The translations under genes and the position numbers were made by a program. Below, piece by piece: positions 29,658 through 32,000 of a stretch of DNA of 32,000 bases (the stretch's first letter is position 1; every line of letters begins with the position of its first letter). The notes under the pieces were generated by a model, which made no database searches, had not been told where the DNA came from, and worked only from the letters and a program-made list of their open reading frames with translations. This stretch comes from Caldivirga maquilingensis IC-167 (lineage in GTDB: Archaea > Thermoproteota > Thermoprotei > Thermoproteales > Thermocladiaceae). The DNA lies in NCBI RefSeq assembly GCF_000018305.1, contig NC_009954.1, positions 90,001 to 122,000 of the forward strand. Reading direction: 5' to 3'.

Positions 29658-30386
29658 CTATCCACATCTACGTAGTCTCAGTATCACCATGGTGTTGAAT
29701 ATGATAAGTAATACAGTTGAGATCAAGGCCACAGGCATTAACCCGTAGAATGCATCAGTGATCGCCCAGTCTATGTCGTATAGGTCGTAGAACAGTAGGG
29801 CGATTATAGATGGCTTATAACCCCATACCCTCATTACACGGGCGTAGATTAGGTAGAATGTTATTGATACCACGAACCACCCAAGGAAGTTGATTAATGG
29901 TACCCCAAAGAACTGACCCCTAGTTACCCAGTGCCATAGACCAATGGGTCCTGAAAGCAGTGGATCGAAGGTTACGTCAAGGACCACCATACCCAATGCA
30001 GACAGTACATAATCACCGTATGCAATCAGCGTGAAGTAGCCCAGGGACGACCAAAGCAATGGTATCAGTATGGGTACTCCATAGACCTTGGGCCCAAGAC
30101 CCTGGGTGTAGTAATACTTGCCGAAGGGTATTCCGTAGTTGACGCCCAGTAACTCAAAGGCCATGGATACAAGGAATGTAATCACTAAAAATGTAAAGGC
30201 CCTTCTAGCCTCCATATTCATTATTGAATGTGCTAGGTAGATAATTATTAAGTAGAGGGGGGATGCTATGAAACCCACAACTAAGCCTACAACACCACTC
30301 ATTTGCACCGTGTTACCAATGATTAGGCAGGGTATGTATAGGTAGGCCAGGATCCATACCACGATTAGTATCCTGGACTTAACCAT
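29658..30386 (-). CDS. Polytopic membrane protein, DUF422/carotenoid-biosynthesis-protein (CruF-like) family
   Basis: 242 aa, ~7 TM helices. GIPFGKYYYTQGLGPKVYGVPILIPLLW and WHWVTRGQFFGVPLINFLGWFVV match the two conserved blocks I recall for the PF04240-type family. TATA box 25 nt upstream. Confidence 0.5.
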   Translation of the reverse strand: MVKSRILIVVWILAYLYIPCLIIGNTVQMSGVVGLVVGFIASPLYLIIIYLAHSIMNMEARRAFTFLVITFLVSMAFELLGVNYGIPFGKYYYTQGLGPKVYGVPILIPLLWSSLGYFTLIAYGDYVLSALGMVVLDVTFDPLLSGPIGLWHWVTRGQFFGVPLINFLGWFVVSITFYLIYARVMRVWGYKPSIIALLFYDLYDIDWAITDAFYGLMPVALISTVLLIIFNTMVILRLRRCG

Positions 30387-30624
30387 GATCCTGCCTTATT
30401 CACATGGCTTATAAGCATTTAATCCTATGCTTTATCAATGAGTATCATGTTTAACTATCATTAGGTAAACCATGGCGAATAATTAAGGTAACCTACTATG
30501 ATTAGTAGATAAAAGCCTATTACCCACATGCTAAGGCAATACATCATCAACTATCTCCCCCTTATAGCCCCTTTCTTGGAGTAATTTCCAACCTACTGTT
30601 GAAGTCACTTAATTATGCTGTCAC

Positions 30625-31677
30625 CTAGCCCTTTAGCCACGTGAGTTTGCTTAATGCCTTATCTAACTCCACTGTGTAAACACCAATTGCATAGTCGCTT
30701 ACGCCTCCAATCCATATTAATGAATCTTCATGTATTATTAAGCCATCCCCGAATATTACCCTTGGCCTATCCCCATACTCCTCCTCAATGCCTGTTGGCT
30801 CCAGTAGGTAGTTGCTTATGGCTAATAATTCACCATCACTGTTCACTAATGCTAACCCATTCCTATACGAGTAATCACTCCTGGATACTCCATGCCAGCC
30901 CACAAGGTACTCATTCGATGATAATTTAACGGCGTTTGTTGACCAACCAACCTTGAATTCGAAATCCTCAAACCAAAGTACCGGCCTCATTGAATCCATG
31001 TTTAACGTTAATTCACTTAAATTAGCCTCACCGCTCCATCCAATTTCTAAACCACCTATGTTAGGTCTAATGAGCATTGATACCTTATTACCCTTAACCT
31101 CAATGAAGGCTGAATCCTTCCACCAATCCGGGACATAAGATTCACCGTTAGCGGCCTTAATGGTGAAGAATCCCCTCCTAACAACGTTAAATTCATTGTC
31201 CATAACCGCTAAAGCTTGAACAGCCCTAGGCCTTAACTCACCGCCACTGTAATAATACCCCCATCCAGTGTACAGTATTAAGTACTCATCACCATGCTTA
31301 ATGATGCGTGGATCCTCACAACCCCTAAACTCCCAAAGCTCCCTAGGCCACATTATTAACCTAGCATTAACAGGTTTATTAACACGACCATTAACAACAT
31401 CCCGTATACTTAATTCAATTAAACCTATACTTGAAACATAATTCAGGTAATCGAATATGATTCTAGGGAAGATTAGTAAGGTATCATTATTTAAAACAGC
31501 CGCTGGGTTAAATACCTCAACAGGCTTACGTGGGTAATTAGTAACATTAACATCACTAGGCATTATTAAGGTGATTCTCTTAAATATGGGCTCCGCAATA
31601 CTCCTCCTAAACCCCTTATGTACGTTGATAAAATTAACCGCTAATTCACGTAACCTACCAATAATAGTATTCTCCAT
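30625..31677 (-). CDS. GH130-like / PH1107-related glycosidase (DUF377 beta-propeller; possible mannoside phosphorylase-type enzyme)
   Basis: 350 aa. FNPAAVLNNDTLLIFPR, the hallmark RGCEDPRIIKHGDEYLILYTG, WKDSAFI and MLIRP fit the five-bladed GH130/DUF377 pattern. Confidence 0.6.
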   Translation of the reverse strand: MENTIIGRLRELAVNFINVHKGFRRSIAEPIFKRITLIMPSDVNVTNYPRKPVEVFNPAAVLNNDTLLIFPRIIFDYLNYVSSIGLIELSIRDVVNGRVNKPVNARLIMWPRELWEFRGCEDPRIIKHGDEYLILYTGWGYYYSGGELRPRAVQALAVMDNEFNVVRRGFFTIKAANGESYVPDWWKDSAFIEVKGNKVSMLIRPNIGGLEIGWSGEANLSELTLNMDSMRPVLWFEDFEFKVGWSTNAVKLSSNEYLVGWHGVSRSDYSYRNGLALVNSDGELLAISNYLLEPTGIEEEYGDRPRVIFGDGLIIHEDSLIWIGGVSDYAIGVYTVELDKALSKLTWLKG

Positions 31678-32000
31678 AAAGCTTAAGGAAGACTAAGTAT
31701 TTAAGTTTAAACATACATTGCCATAATGTTTATAGCTTCATTAATTCAATTAATCACATAATTCCGAATCTCAATGATTAATACTATTGGTGACTTTCAC
31801 TGAGCTCTATCTTCACGTAATCCTCATGGGTTAATAATAAATTAACTCACATCCCCACTAGCTAAACACGGGCTGTTAAGTTACTTAAACCCGTTAGCTT
31901 CCTGCATCATATTTAATTCTAATTGTTTTAATTTCAAATGGCTTTAATAATATGTTATTGAGTCCACTTAATGTTCCTACCTCATTCTTCTCAATAATGT

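Noticed and set aside
30461-30547. 28-aa hydrophobic ORF (MMYCLSMWVIGFYLLIIVGYLNYSPWFT) on the minus strand between the GH130-like and DUF422 genes.
   Set aside because: It is too short to distinguish from chance in AT-rich DNA, and the TATA-like element is only ~20 nt away. Conservation or Ribo-seq evidence would be needed.
309-31138. Many 60-146-aa ORFs in the supplied track lie antisense to, or nested within, longer well-supported genes. Examples: 309-512, 2195-2425, 2688-2894, 3215-3451, 3510-3734, 6068-6271, 7929-8165, 8193-8432, 10161-10343, 10632-10853, 11202-11498, 14020-14211, 14759-15052, 16057-16371, 17375-17638, 20079-20519, 21399-21650, 24517-24909, 25320-25526, 27467-27670, 30654-30929, 30953-31138.
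   Set aside because: These are shadow ORFs. Each is fully contained in a longer ORF with clear family motifs. Their translations are low-complexity (Ser/Leu/Pro/Thr-rich) with no recognisable motifs, and none has promoter geometry.
31952-32000. An ORF opening at ATG 31952 (MLLSPLNVPTSFFSIM...) and running off the window end.
   Set aside because: Only 16 codons are visible, with no motif. It cannot be supported from this window.
1-32000. Search by eye for CRISPR arrays, rRNA genes, IS elements or transposases, integrases, inteins and long tandem repeats.
   Set aside because: No regularly spaced repeats, no rRNA-like conserved blocks, no transposase or integrase motifs, and no intein-like insertions were seen in the large proteins. 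The scan was visual, so a computational repeat search could still find short dispersed repeats.

Overview
The window looks like a chromosomal segment of a thermophilic crenarchaeon. The taxon is inference only, but a Thermoproteales organism (Caldivirga/Vulcanisaeta-like) fits best. Reasons: about 40-45% GC; BRE/TATA boxes sitting 24-30 nt upstream of most start codons, implying leaderless mRNAs; GGUGA-type Shine-Dalgarno sites only at internal operon genes; and the gene content (thermopsin, tetraether-lipid synthase homologue, aLhr2-type helicase).

I can support about 28 protein genes:
- Sugar-utilisation cluster: ROK kinase and SIS protein, divergent from a GH42 glycosidase.
- Other glycoside hydrolases: GH15 and a GH130-like protein.
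- Metabolism and cofactors: MoeA-PBP fusion, ornithine carbamoyltransferase.
- Transport and acetylation: DHA2 MFS transporter, Eis-like GNAT.
- Radical SAM enzymes: a Tes/GDGT-MAS-like enzyme and a radical SAM/SPASM maturase-like enzyme.
- Information processing: Lhr-type helicase, ATP-cone protein, ribosomal protein uS10, a class I methyltransferase.
- Several membrane proteins.

RNA features are one intact tRNA-Arg(CCU) and an orphan 44-nt 3' fragment of a tRNA-Ala(CGC). I saw no rRNA, CRISPR array, IS element or integrase.

Most interesting items:
1. The orphan tRNA-Ala 3' piece has its own BRE/TATA. It is either a split-tRNA half or the relic of an integration site.
2. A small accessory islet lies downstream of tRNA-Arg. 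It holds a tightly coupled cassette (small protein plus retropepsin-like aspartic protease) next to a heavily decayed PD-(D/E)XK-like gene.
3. A two-gene operon encodes a 79-aa membrane protein with a basic tail and a ParA/MinD ATPase. It is wedged between the Tes homologue and a membrane-anchored thermopsin-like protein with 25 N-glycosylation sequons.
4. A radical SAM/SPASM enzyme has no obvious substrate gene.

All functional calls rest on motif recognition by eye. No database search was possible.
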